Shown: positions 32,001-41,400 of the stretch, in pieces
How positions within the stretch are numbered: the first letter of the stretch is position 1
Layout: the number at the start of each line of letters is the position of its first letter
Origin: Orbicella franksi
Lineage: Eukaryota
Reading direction: 5' to 3'
Assembly: GCA_964199315.1 (NCBI GenBank)
Contig: OZ116711.1
Location: forward strand, 7,378,001 to 7,442,000
Length of the DNA: 64,000 bases
Made by a program: the position numbers and the translations under genes
The notes under the pieces: model-generated
Database searches by the model: none
Told to the model about the DNA's origin: nothing
Seen by the model: the letters and a program-made list of their open reading frames with translations, nothing else

Positions 32001-33886
32001 CTTAATATACCCGTAGATGGTAAGCTACCGAAGTTGCGTACATAACTACCACGATCAGTCATTCAGTAGAAGGCCATTGGAGATAACTTACACTACTAGC
32101 TAATGACTAAGAAAACTCATTTCTTTGTTAAGATGTGCACTTTTCAATAACTGCATTTCATCCTAACTGGTTTCATCTATATAGCCTCTTCCAGGCGTTC
32201 AGTTCGTAAGGGCGTTCGCGTAGCGCGAACGGCGAGCGAAAAAAACAGGGAAGAAGTGCGAAGAGAAAGCTTCTTCTCGTCGCACTTCTCCTCTATTTTT
32301 CACTCGCGTTTTTCGCGCTGCACCCCTACTAACTCAACGCCTGGAAGAGGCTACCTTTTACATAAGACGTATGTGAATTGGCTGATTTCTTCGCACTTTG
32401 TTAAAAACATGTTTCCTGTTTTCGGATCAGAACTTCGGAACGTTAAAGGAGCTATGTCACGGTGTGCGCATCTTGAAAAGTTGAGCCTAAATTTTTCAAG
32501 TTTGTCGTTTGTAATCCGTGTTAATCTTCTCCATCCTTAACCATCCTTATTCCTTTATGGTTTATTATTATCTCTTTGGTGTTTTTCTATCTTAGTAAAC
32601 TATTATTTTCAGGTTTCCTTCAATTTAAAGGTAATTTTGTACGTGGCAAAAATTAAGTACACAAAATACCGTGACTGAGCAACTTTAAGGTTGTTTTTGT
32701 GCAAAACTGGCCAGTTCCAAAAGGGTTTCTACCCGCAAAGCGCGCTAGTGTCTACTAAGGTAAGTAACTTACTCCCTATCTTCGTTCAATCTTGCCAGAG
32801 ATGGTCTGGCTTGAAGAGATAATTGTGAGGAAGCCGAGATCTGGTTATCACCAATACTCGTAATATGACCTTTCTCCATTCCCAGAGCTGTAGAACAAGC
32901 TACCAAGATAAAAAAACAGATGCGTTCAAATGCTGTTGTTTTTGGTGGTCAAACAATGAGCTTAGCTATACATGGCTAGTTCACATGCATGCCACTTAAA
33001 CTGAAAGAAACAAATATATCAAATAAATACATTAGCCTTAAAAATCCCAACTGACGGGAGTGGCCAAGGAGTTGAACGAGGGTCTACCGAGAAACAACTC
33101 CAGCTTAGTGGTCAGAGCGGGACTTGAACCCGCAACCTCCGGATTTCAAGTCTAACCACTCGGCCACGCAGCCTTCAAAATAAAAAGATGTATTCACTTA
33201 TATTTATAATTAATAGAAAGCAAAACCCTGGGGTAAACACGACCCTGTATGGTTTATAAAAGCAAGGCAATCACTGAAGTTTAAGAAAACACTGAGAAAT
33301 GCAAGTAGAGAAACGTTTGAATTGTTGCGCCAATGTCTCTAAGCGTTTTTTGCAAGAGCTCTTTAAGATTTACGCAGTACATGGTAGCAAGAAGTGTAAA
33401 TACACATTCGGTATTATATTTTCATTTGAGTTCACCTTTGAAATAGAACATTAAGTCGGAAGAGAGAGAAACTAATCTCGTAAAAATTGAAAATCAACGT
33501 AACCCGCAAACCAAAGAAACTTTGTCGCTCAGAAAATGTTCCGTATAGGACAAAGTAGCAATGAAAACCGAGTACTAAAACATCTTGACAACAACTGTAA
33601 ATCGTATGATTTTCACGTTTTCAAGCATAGCAATACCCGGGTTGGAGAGAAATGTAAAATGAAAAGTTTTCCCGTCAGCTAGCACGCTAAGGGAATGGCT
33701 AAAATCACTGTAAAAGTCGACGAGATTTAACATATCTTTCAAAGACAATTTTTCTTGTGGTCACTGAATAACATACATCGATTCTGGAAATTCGTTAATT
33801 AACGCCCCCTAAAAGAGATTTAACCTACCGTAACACGCTGATTGTGTGATGAAAATCAAACCAGCTAACGTGGCCAAACGGGTCAT
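13896..33886 (-). CDS. Gene model: adhesion GPCR (signal peptide, 2x F5/8C, Ig, 2x FN3, GAIN/GPS, 7TM, Ser-rich tail); 22-23 exons, ~1543 aa
   Basis: All exons below join with GT-AG sites and consistent phases (4632 nt including the 21-nt microexon). GPS motif CVWWDF...GWSKAGC...CECDHMTNFAALV; secretin-family-like 7TM. Confidence 0.88.
14265..14860. repeat. Tandem array of a ~106-bp unit (dispersed family)
   Basis: CTAGTGTGTGACCATTCAAATGAAAGCTATTGAG recurs at 14405, 14511 and 14617. Confidence 0.9.
14937..15573 (-). CDS. aGPCR cytoplasmic tail exon
   Basis: TTTCAG|GTG; 212 Ser-rich codons; donor CTTG|GTAAGT. Confidence 0.85.
15806..16215. mobile_element. MITE-like element with short TIRs
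   Basis: AAGGCGGGGGTTAACAT and ATGTTTACCCCCGCCTT at the two ends. Confidence 0.55.
16459..16939 (-). CDS. aGPCR TM5-TM7 exon
   Basis: FMAPVLLVILIN...LVGITWMFGFF...QYLFAIFNSLQGFAIFVFYC. Confidence 0.92.
17430..17496 (-). CDS. aGPCR TM4-ECL2 exon
   Basis: GMPFIVVIVTLAVDKSSYGGKH. Confidence 0.85.
17560..17793. mobile_element. Kolobok/T2-like MITE copy
   Basis: AGGAGCT...AGCTCCT|TTAA; reverse orientation of the 6910 copy. Confidence 0.85.
17870..18075. mobile_element. Partial copy of the TAGAGCGG/CCAATCA MITE family
   Basis: Matches the internal part of 49267-49531. Confidence 0.65.
18120..18388 (-). CDS. aGPCR TM2-TM4 exon
   Basis: KILLHLCASL...CRIVAALIHYFLLVAFLWMLIEA...GWG. Confidence 0.92.
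18710..18970. repeat. ~106-bp unit family, 2-3 copies
   Basis: TCATTTGAATGG..CACAC...GGTTT motif repeated. Confidence 0.75.
19029..19156 (-). CDS. aGPCR TM1 exon
   Basis: LSLISYIGCALSILGLTLTIFTF. Confidence 0.9.
19209..19428. mobile_element. Kolobok/T2-like MITE copy
   Basis: TTAA|AGGAGCT...AGCTCCT|TTAA. Confidence 0.85.
19697..19791 (-). CDS. aGPCR GPS exon b (autoproteolysis site)
   Basis: GWSKAGC...IICECDHMTNFAALV. Confidence 0.9.
20029..20074 (-). CDS. aGPCR GPS exon a
   Basis: IIENSTRCVWWDFEK. Confidence 0.85.
20295..20500. repeat. Minisatellite of ~45-50 bp units
   Basis: CCCGCCAAAATGAC motif repeated 4-5 times. Confidence 0.8.
20523..21015 (-). CDS. aGPCR GAIN subdomain B exon
   Basis: ASVTIP...IVVYY.TS.LF...SPVLAASL...NLSSPIIIKF. 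Confidence 0.88.
21095..21320. repeat. ~106-bp unit family, ~2 copies
   Basis: CATTTGAATGGTCACACACTAGGGTTTC repeated. Confidence 0.8.
21400..21641 (-). CDS. aGPCR GAIN subdomain A exon
   Basis: VPVTDTNA...DISITAHILHKVV...VLDTISHVMD...NTSAK. Confidence 0.85.
21737..21783. repeat. (CAT/TAT)n microsatellite
   Basis: Seen directly in the sequence. Confidence 0.9.
21911..21963 (-). CDS. aGPCR small exon (start of GAIN region)
   Basis: Poly-T acceptor; ETNQGSEITRALEKLNR; |GTAAGC. Confidence 0.75.
22229..22276 (-). CDS. aGPCR small linker exon
   Basis: TGTAG|GT...AAAC|GTAAGA; phase 1-1, GPFGWGRIFLMLAVCK. Confidence 0.55.
22297..22527. mobile_element. Kolobok/T2-like MITE copy (left end eroded)
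   Basis: AGCTATGTCACG ... ACCGTGACTGAGCTCCT. Confidence 0.8.
22744..23028 (-). CDS. aGPCR FN3 exon 2
   Basis: APSGPP...VSWSIP...NGKITKY...GLE...Y.V.VRAYT.VGPGPYS. Confidence 0.9.
23613..23906 (-). CDS. aGPCR FN3 exon 1
   Basis: Y.VRY...GLHPYTTY...EGPYS; phase 1-1. Confidence 0.88.
24440..24745 (-). CDS. aGPCR Ig-domain exon
   Basis: VNLTCLVSG.P...EWYKNG...SVLTL...D.GS..SC; phase 1-1. Confidence 0.9.
24836..25060 (+). mobile_element. tRNA-derived SINE copy
   Basis: A/B-box-like head (TGGTTGGCGCG...GGATTCAAACCC) and body shared with 31520 and 62580. Confidence 0.75.
25969..26160. mobile_element. MITE with long imperfect TIRs
   Basis: AATAGACC...TTGGGCGGTTTGTT and AAACAAACCGCCCAAG...GGTCTAAT. 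Confidence 0.75.
27395..27548 (-). CDS. aGPCR F5/8C-2 exon c
   Basis: TFHGNWD...ARYIRFNP...ICMRVEIYEC. Confidence 0.88.
27904..28283. mobile_element. Full MITE of the GTCCACAC family (Harbinger-like termini)
   Basis: CGTCCACACTACGC ... GCGTAATGTGGACG inverted ends; internal GAAAACG repeats. Confidence 0.8.
28295..28441 (-). CDS. aGPCR F5/8C-2 exon b
   Basis: VDLGRVRSLSGVATQG...YSTDG...RGDSRSK. Confidence 0.88.
28700..28815. repeat. GGGAC-rich short tandem repeat
   Basis: CGGGACGGGACAAG-type units. Confidence 0.75.
28881..29068 (-). CDS. aGPCR F5/8C-2 exon a
   Basis: DCNTPVGVES...QISASS...GRLN...GGWC...QYLQ. Confidence 0.9.
29160..29400. repeat. Foldback/palindromic element
   Basis: Perfect 25-bp inverted repeat at 29238-29262 and 29294-29318, plus imperfect outer arms. 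Confidence 0.8.
29920..29940 (-). CDS. Candidate 21-nt phase 1-1 microexon (DPSRFGQ linker)
   Basis: GCAG|ACCCGTCACGCTTTGGGCAAG|GTAAGA; frame-neutral. Confidence 0.45.
30013..30163 (-). CDS. aGPCR F5/8C-1 exon c
   Basis: YFKGPRN...LTARAVRFYP...CLRVELYGC. Confidence 0.85.
30609..30780. mobile_element. MITE with CAGGGGCGTAG TIR and 5-bp TSD (GTTCT)
   Basis: GTTCT|CAGGGGCGTAG ... CTACGCCCTTG|GTTCT. Confidence 0.75.
31280..31466 (-). CDS. aGPCR F5/8C-1 exon b
   Basis: GWCARRDDRNPYLQIDL...ATQG...WVKEFSLAFSYD. Confidence 0.88.
31520..31715 (+). mobile_element. tRNA-derived SINE copy (internally deleted)
   Basis: GGCCTCATGGTTAAAGCGCTCG...GGTTCGAGCCCTGGCCGGGGACA head; shared 3' end. Confidence 0.75.
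31790..32030 (-). mobile_element. tRNA-derived repeat (second SINE-like family)
   Basis: GGGATTCGAGCCC is a reverse B-box; no complete cloverleaf. Confidence 0.55.
32182..32353. mobile_element. TA-flanked MITE with 18-bp perfect TIR
   Basis: TAGCCTCTTCCAGGCGTT ... AACGCCTGGAAGAGGCTA. Confidence 0.85.
32447..32684. mobile_element. Kolobok/T2-like MITE copy
   Basis: TTAA|AGGAGCTATGTCACGG ... CCGTGACTGAGCAACT|TTAA. Confidence 0.85.
32773..32899 (-). CDS. aGPCR F5/8C-1 exon a
   Basis: CSTALGMEKG...DNQISASS...ARLN; TAG| and |GTAAGT. Confidence 0.85.
33030..33175 (-). mobile_element. tRNA-derived SINE fragment
   Basis: GCGGGACTTGAACCCG (reverse B-box) and CTAACCACTCGGCCAC (reverse A-box). Confidence 0.6.
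33829..33886 (-). CDS. aGPCR exon 1 (signal peptide MTRLATLAGLIFITQSACY)
   Basis: ATG, hydrophobic core and donor G|GTAGGT in phase 1, matching the next exon. Confidence 0.75.
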
Positions 33887-35096
33887 AGTATAAAAAGACA
33901 GAGTGAGACACGTTTTCTGTCCGCTTCGCACTAGGTCGATTCAAATTCACAAAACTACGCACTCTTCTGTCAAAGCGCAGAAAAGAAATTTAATTTTAAT
34001 CATCTTTTACCGGAAAATACAAACACTGGGTGTGAAAAATACTACGCTAGTCATTGAAATGCTAATTTCGGGCATGAATGATACAACGAGGCAATCTTAG
34101 GAAACTGGTGTCAAACAAACACACGAAATTAGATCACCATTTGTGATTATTGCAACAAAAGAATCAAACGTTCTGCGCGTAAGAATCCGTGTTTGCGTCA
34201 ATAGATAAGGCCTTCAGTTTTCATCCCGTACTCACGTAGTGACTGTATCATTCAGCTATCACAAATATGCAAGACTTTTCCCTGTTGTTATTTTGAGGGA
34301 CTAATCCTTGGCAAATAAACTTTTCCGTTGAGTCAGACATCGTGACTAGTTGAAAGCCCAGCTCATCCGGTATTATTTAGCGAAGTTCGCATTTTTACGT
34401 CCTTGCGCTAACGAGTGGGAACTTTCGTAACCAAACTTTTCGTCCAAAACGAAAATAAAGACACAAAAACATCGCGGAAAACGTGGAAGATGTTCACATT
34501 ACAGTTTTAAGTTCATGTTGTACGCTACGTGACTAAATGAAGTCGACTGTATGACATCACTGACATATTTGCTTTTTCTCAATTCTTCTGGCTTGTCTGT
34601 TTTGAGAACTGGAACAAACACTTACACCTGACAAAGGTCACACGCAAATCGGTTCGATACAAGATTTTTCTTTACTAGCGTTCTTAGCATTCAATAATTT
34701 CCTTCTCCAACGCGAGGGAGGGCAAAACGACTTTAGACAATAACTTGCCAGTGAATGTAATGCGTTTCGATTCATAATTTTCATGGCAAAATCACAACGT
34801 TTAAAGGGTGCTAGTCGAGTGTTAGGGTGTGGACGATGCTCTGTAGACCAACCAGATCAATAAACGCTTCGACTTTTGTTTTGTTTCAATGGAGAGTTGT
34901 CAGCCATTTTACAGGACGTGCAGTGTTGGTAGTGCTGCAAAGAAAATAGCAATTTGTAGAATTCCTGCTAATAAGTCTCCGACCTAAGGCCGTTGCCAAT
35001 AATTTTTCTACGGTTCAATGCAATCTTTATAAACCGTTACAATCTATATATGTAATGAAGGCACAATTTTGAGATAAAAATCCTAAAAGCTAATAC

Positions 35097-35480
35097 ACTG
35101 TACTCTTTTATATTAGAGTGTTGTTTTTCCGGCCAAGGCTGTATATTCTTATTTTTCTGCCAATTTTAGGATGAAAATATTCTTTTGAATATTCTTAGAT
35201 CATAGCGTATGACATTTCTGTTTTCAAATGTATTTGGTGTAGTAATTTTGTAGCCAGACTGCCTGCCCGGCTAGTGCTGTTTTTTTTTTTGTTGCTTTCT
35301 GGCTAGTTTTGCGCTTTGGTAGTTACAAATTTTCAACACACAAAATTATATTGTTTAACTTCTTTTCAAAATCTCAGCCTCTTGTTTATTCCTAAAACAT
35401 TTTTAAAATGTCCATATTTAAGCCTCAATATTCTTATAAAATATATTCTTATATAATTTATATAAAAAAAGAGTGCAGTG
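35097..35480. mobile_element. AT-rich MITE-like element
   Basis: CACTGTACTCTTTTTATAT and ATATAAAAAAAGAGTGCAGTG at the two ends. Confidence 0.6.
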
Positions 35481-38400
35481 GAATGGTACTGAAAAAATAT
35501 TCCGTATTAAAGTAACGATCTAACAGCCTTGTCCCATCGCTTCTTTTGTAAGGTTTTCATACATACCCCATTTGAAGACCGATCAATCTTAATAATAAAA
35601 AAAAATGTTTTAAATTAAACTTCACGGAATGAAACAGCCCTTGTTTTATACATTAGGGCAATAGAGATAAATACTTTTGGAAGAAAATCTTACATCTAGA
35701 TAGACTTACTGTAATATACTACCTTTGTAGTATGGAATGTAAAATAAACATCAGCTCATTTTGGTACAGTTTGCTACATCTATCATTTCATTGATTATTT
35801 GTTGGAAGTCAAGTTATGCTTGAAGTTGTTCAGGACTTTCAGAATAAAACAGTTAATTTTTCCAATAAAAGTACAGATGAGGAACGTCACTTTTAAACTA
35901 TATGTAGCCTTATCAAACTGTAAATATATAATTATTTTCTTGTTCAAAATTGTCTGAGGAGATTAAATGGAGAAGGGGAAAGAATGACTTGCGAGGCTGT
36001 TAAGGTGGCCAAAATAGTTCATTTTCATACAATACCCACAAAGCACCTTCCTTTGCTGCAGTTTTGGGAGTTATAATTTTCACAATGTTCGCAATTAAAA
36101 CAAAACCCCTCAAAATTAAGTGTCATAAAAGCTTAACTATATTCAATGGTATCTTTTGTCAACAGTTTCCAATTGTCTTTAAAAAAATAGTTTCATATTT
36201 GATAAATATGGTAAATGCATGCAAAAAAGAGTGACAATAACATATTACGCGGTGTCAAACGAAAAGTTAGTTAATTTAAGTGGAAGACATTGAAAGTTTG
36301 GCCAAAACATTCTGTCCTCTAAATCAGTGTAAGCTCCACCCTTACCAGACTAACATCACATGTACCCATAAACTCACTGTACTAAAATGCATATAATTAT
36401 TATGCACATATGCAAGGATATCGAGTTAAAAGATTTTGAAATAATTTGTCGACCAATGCCACAATTTTCAGATTGGGTTTTCTAACATCTGTGATTTCTT
36501 TTCTTGACATCTTGCTTTTGAAAGTTAGAAAAAAGTTTTCAGATTGAATGTCATATGGTAAAAAAGAACAATTAAGTTCAATTTCACTATATCAAATGGT
36601 TCAAATAACTTCGTCAACTTATAGAAGAGCAACTGTTGACACCTTTTTTCTAGTAGCTGTTTGATTCCTTTTTTTCTCAGCATGTACTTTTAAGTGCAAA
36701 TTAAGTAGTCTTTTGTGAACTTGTATTTGCAGAAGGAAAAAAAAACAAACCACCGCATTTATTTTTTTTTTTTTGGTGTTGTTTTCTGTGAAAAGTGTTC
36801 TAAACAGGAAACTTCAGCTAAATCTATTTTGATGGCATGACTAATGCATATTATTACAAGATGAATAATAAATACCCATATCTTTTCAAAACACTACTAT
36901 ACTGAGCACAGTTAATAGAGGGAAATGGTTACAAATCCTGGCCAACAACAAAGGATTAAACAAAGACAACAAGGTTTATGTTAGAAGGTCCATGACCATG
37001 CACAATCTTTTGTCTTGCATTCATACATTATGTATGAGTTGGATAACCAAAACGTTTCTGTTGGTTAGTACCTCAGACAAAAGTAAACAACTTGTGTTTT
37101 GTGCATGGTCAAGGCCAAAAAAGGGAACAAAAACAGACAGCAATGAACTCTGTTGCCCTTTAAAACCATTCCCCTGTATCAACTATGTACGGAGTGACCG
37201 TGTTTTAAATTAATAGCTTGTGCCCTCTGTTCCACTACTTCCCTCTACCCTTCCAAACCCAGGAGGTCCTTGATAGGGCTTTTATACCTAAGTAGTACTC
37301 AATTAGTGGTTTGGAACTTATATTTCCATTTAGATATAACATACATGTATGTAAATTTAAAAACCCAAAGAAAACAATAAAGGTGGTAAAAAAAAATATG
37401 GATTATAATTAACTTAAGGGAGCTGCAAATTGCCTGCATCAAATTCACCAAGTAGGTTTTTCATTTAAATATACTAGCAAATCTTGGCATTCTAGGTCAG
37501 TTGAATGACGCAACGCAAATTTTAGGCAATGCTGAAGCCATGAATCATAACATAAAAGTTCAAAACAAAAGGCTGTATAAAAATTATGCAAAACATAATT
37601 AAGACGCTAAAAATAATTGTTCAATATGACATAAAGTGAAAGGCAAAATAACTTTTAGGCGTAATTGGATTATTTGCCTATGGTTAAACTGTCTGTTCTT
37701 TTCTTAGCTTTGTTCTTAATTAACTGCCAATTAAAATAGGTGGGTCCGCATGAAATGCCAAATTTGTTTACTCAACAAATAAAGCTGTATTCAGTCTCAA
37801 AATTCAGTTTTTGAATTTCATTTTAAAAGTTATCTTGGTTGGTTCATAAACCGTAGTGAATGCCATAATCTCCTTACCACGTATTTTGTCTGTCTCCAAA
37901 AGTCCGACAACTTTTTTCACTGAATTAAATATAACACTGACTAAGAAGTGAAATATTTTTCATGCTTTACATTTTCAGCTTTCCTCCTACACGAGCCGGC
38001 ACTCTTACAGGTGAAAACCTGCACTTACGAGATAAGTTCGTTCCGAATGCTACGGGAAATAACGTTTCATGTGGAAAAAAGGAAGAAACCTGATTAAAAA
38101 CGTGACTTCCAATACACAATAGCATAGGTGAGCGCCGAGCTTACATTTGAGCGAGATAAAACTGTTAAAAAACACTGAGTACGTTGTTGAATAAACATTT
38201 GAAAAGGCTTAGTTTAAATTGGAAGAGAAGTTCGGCATTGAAAGAGTAGAATTTCTCTGGTACTGGAAGGTCAGAATTGTGAATCTTTTCTGTCCTTGTC
38301 CATACCATGAATGATATAATGTCAAGTTTTTGTTGTTGCTTCTGCGCCGACGAAACAGTGAAAGGAAATTTAGCCCCCCGTGCGACTTGGATATTTTATC

Positions 38401-41400
38401 ACCAGATTACCGGTTTCTCTGTGAAACCCAATTACTTAGGATCCGCAACTCAGATTAGTTTTCCCACATAAATCTCGTACATTAAGCACAATTGCCGAAG
38501 CAAACAAAAGAGCGAAAAAGTGAAAAGTAATAATTGTTGGTTACATTTCCAATTCGCTAATGAGAAAGTGCAAATATTGAAAGGGTGGCTAAGCTGTATA
38601 ATGGACGTGTCAAAATTATTCCACGAGAAAAAGCTAAGCTTTATTTTGTAGTCTTTAACGCCTGGAGTTGCAAAAACGCCTTGTCGAGTGCTCATTCACA
38701 AACTTAAACCGAGCTTTAAGAAGTCTAAAGATAGCGGACACGGAAAGAATTGGGATTTCAAATCGGCCGATCTCACGGGAAAAGTGAGTTGATGTGGTCA
38801 CGCTTGCATTTCGCTGAGAGCTTTTCAGTGAAATTCCCCTTCTTGCATGAAACCCACTGAAGATTTACACTGCACGCTTGGAATCTTACCGAGAAAAAAA
38901 CTAAAGCTTTAGTAGCTTATGTCTAGTCGAATTTTGTTGAATAAACAACCCGGAGTGTCGCTGTCAACAGTGAGAACATACAGAGCTCGAGCTTGAGAAT
39001 TTCTACGAACTTCGCGTCTTTCGCAAAATTATTACTTTAGGCATTTCTAGCATTTATATTATATCAAACTGAAGGCAAAGAGACAAATGTAGACAAACTG
39101 GGCAGACATCAACAAACAACTTTTCTGATCGGGTCATATTATTCGTTCAACAAGAGACCGCGGTACGCTTCTCGTAGACAAAACAGGACTTCGATTTACA
39201 CTCCTAGAAGTCGCCATTAGCTCAACAAAAGGGTTGCAGTGATTTACCGAAGCTATCAACGGGCGAATGAGCAACGTTTTAAATCCCAACTTATACATTT
39301 TCGTGAAATAATTACCAAATACCGAAACAGCTCCGCATTTCCTTTCGAGGTATGTGACTCCATTAGCGCTAACTTCACACAAAGACTACTTCGAGATTCT
39401 TACCTCCATGAACGTCCCTCATCCATGAAATTAAGAGAAGTCCCCAAAGTAAGTATGGCTTTATCCTCATAACTCTTTGTAAAGCTTTCACGATTTAAAC
39501 TGATTCGTTTGTTCGGAGACAATTATTTCGATGTACAATTCGACAAGACATGCGTTTCACACAAAGGGGGCACACAAGACAGCTATTGTGTTTCAATCCA
39601 CTAATAGGATTTTTATTTTCGGTTTGATTGACATTTCGGGTGGAAATGACATAGGCACAAACACAAACAAAGCTATCAAGTCTCAAGGACATCCCAGAAC
39701 AATCAAGAACATCTAAATTCGACAGATCAACATTATTTATATTCAGAAGGGCTTAACGTTGGAATTAAAAAGCTGTGAAACAGTTTTGTTACCCTATGAT
39801 ATAAGTTTCATATTTAATCTGATATTAATAATTGACTACGAAACTGCTGAACATCAAAAACCAGACTGTCTGACAGAGCTCTTGCAGAGGGGTAGAAAAT
39901 CATCAATCATACGCTGGCTATAAATACGGGATGATACGCGAGGAATGAAAGATACAAAGGTCGGACAACTTTCACTCTTTCTAGCTATAAAACCTGCCGT
40001 GAAAACGCTGAGAAAGGGAAAAAAATCCAGAATTGTCAGAGAAGAGAACGATTGAGGTTGAAAAAGGTTATCTGTGCACGTAATTTACTTTTGATAATTT
40101 CCATCTTATGTTAGTTTGCTCAAAGACCAAAGCTCTTGTAAGTGACTGATCGGTCATGTCATACAATGGTTACACCTCCGGACATCTTTCAACGGGGTTG
40201 AGGGGTTACGTTTTCCGCGCCAATCGAAGGTGCGTGGTGATAGCGTGTTTCCGCCCACCTAGGAAGTTCGCAAACGACTCGACATCATACTTACGCGTTT
40301 GGCGGTTTGGAGAGGTTCTTAGAGTTCACTCTTGGTGGATCGATCGGCGGATCGCCACGCCACGATCGGAACTGCGATAAACCATAAACCACTCACACAT
40401 ATAGATATGGGTTACCAGTTTAGAATGTTGGAACCAAAAAAAAAAAAAAAAAAAAAAAATTGTGGGACAGAGAAAGGGAGTTGCGGTATCGGGGTACATA
40501 TTAAAGTGGTCTCACGTCCTACCAGATTATGTGCAGGCCTAATTAAAAGTGTATGTCTTTTAGTTGTGTAAACCCGAAAGAGTCATAGATTTTGCCTTTT
40601 CGGCCTAAAATAAGCTAGTTTGCTCTAGAATAATATATGAGATATATCGAATTTTTTTTATTTTCAAATATACAAGAGGGAATGAAAATTACTAACTCGG
40701 TTCCCACGTGGATATAATAGTGACGCCATTAAATTTAAAACGAAGTTAGGAAAATCTTGCTTTTTCCCTTTAATTATATTGGTTCTTACAAGCAGGGCTC
40801 AGATGCATGAAGCAGTCTGGTTCTGTTTTTGTGTGGACCTCTTCGTCCAAAACTGAACTGAAAAGTTTTTTATGGGTTCATATAGGTCTCATTCAAGCAG
40901 TACGGTATACTGACCATGGAACAGTACGACGGTCAAACAATCGTATAAAAAGTTGTAATTTCGCCCCGTTCTCGCGCTAACCGATCGATTGCCACGCAAC
41001 ATTTTATCAATCATTAAATAATCTAAGAATAACTTCTTTCCAGACTCGCAGATTCTCAAGAGAAAAAACGAACTGAAACAGTCTTTCTTCAAGTATCCTT
41101 CTCGTTAATTTTCTTCTCTCCCTGTTTCTTTTACCCGGCACGCAATCATAAATTGATTGATTGATTAATAAACAGCAAAGAAGACATTAAAACAAAGCCA
41201 AGTTTTGCCTTTACTTAGCGCATGTGTACGCCCGTTTTAACCCGTTAAATATCTCATCACTGAGCTGTCCATACGGCTGCCAGGATTTCCGCCACGTTGT
41301 TGTTTTTTTTTTTTACCAAAATTCTGCTTTATGATATATCAGGATATTTGTTCTTGAAAAGACTATTTAAAGTAGTTGTGTGTTCCAGTATTCGAGCTTG

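Noticed and set aside
31520-33175. tRNA genes at the A/B-box motifs
   Set aside because: No complete cloverleaf; the heads continue into shared SINE bodies.
39239-39472. 77-aa ORF with faint resemblance to the Penelope RT C-terminal region
   Set aside because: Similarity too weak to call without an HMM search.
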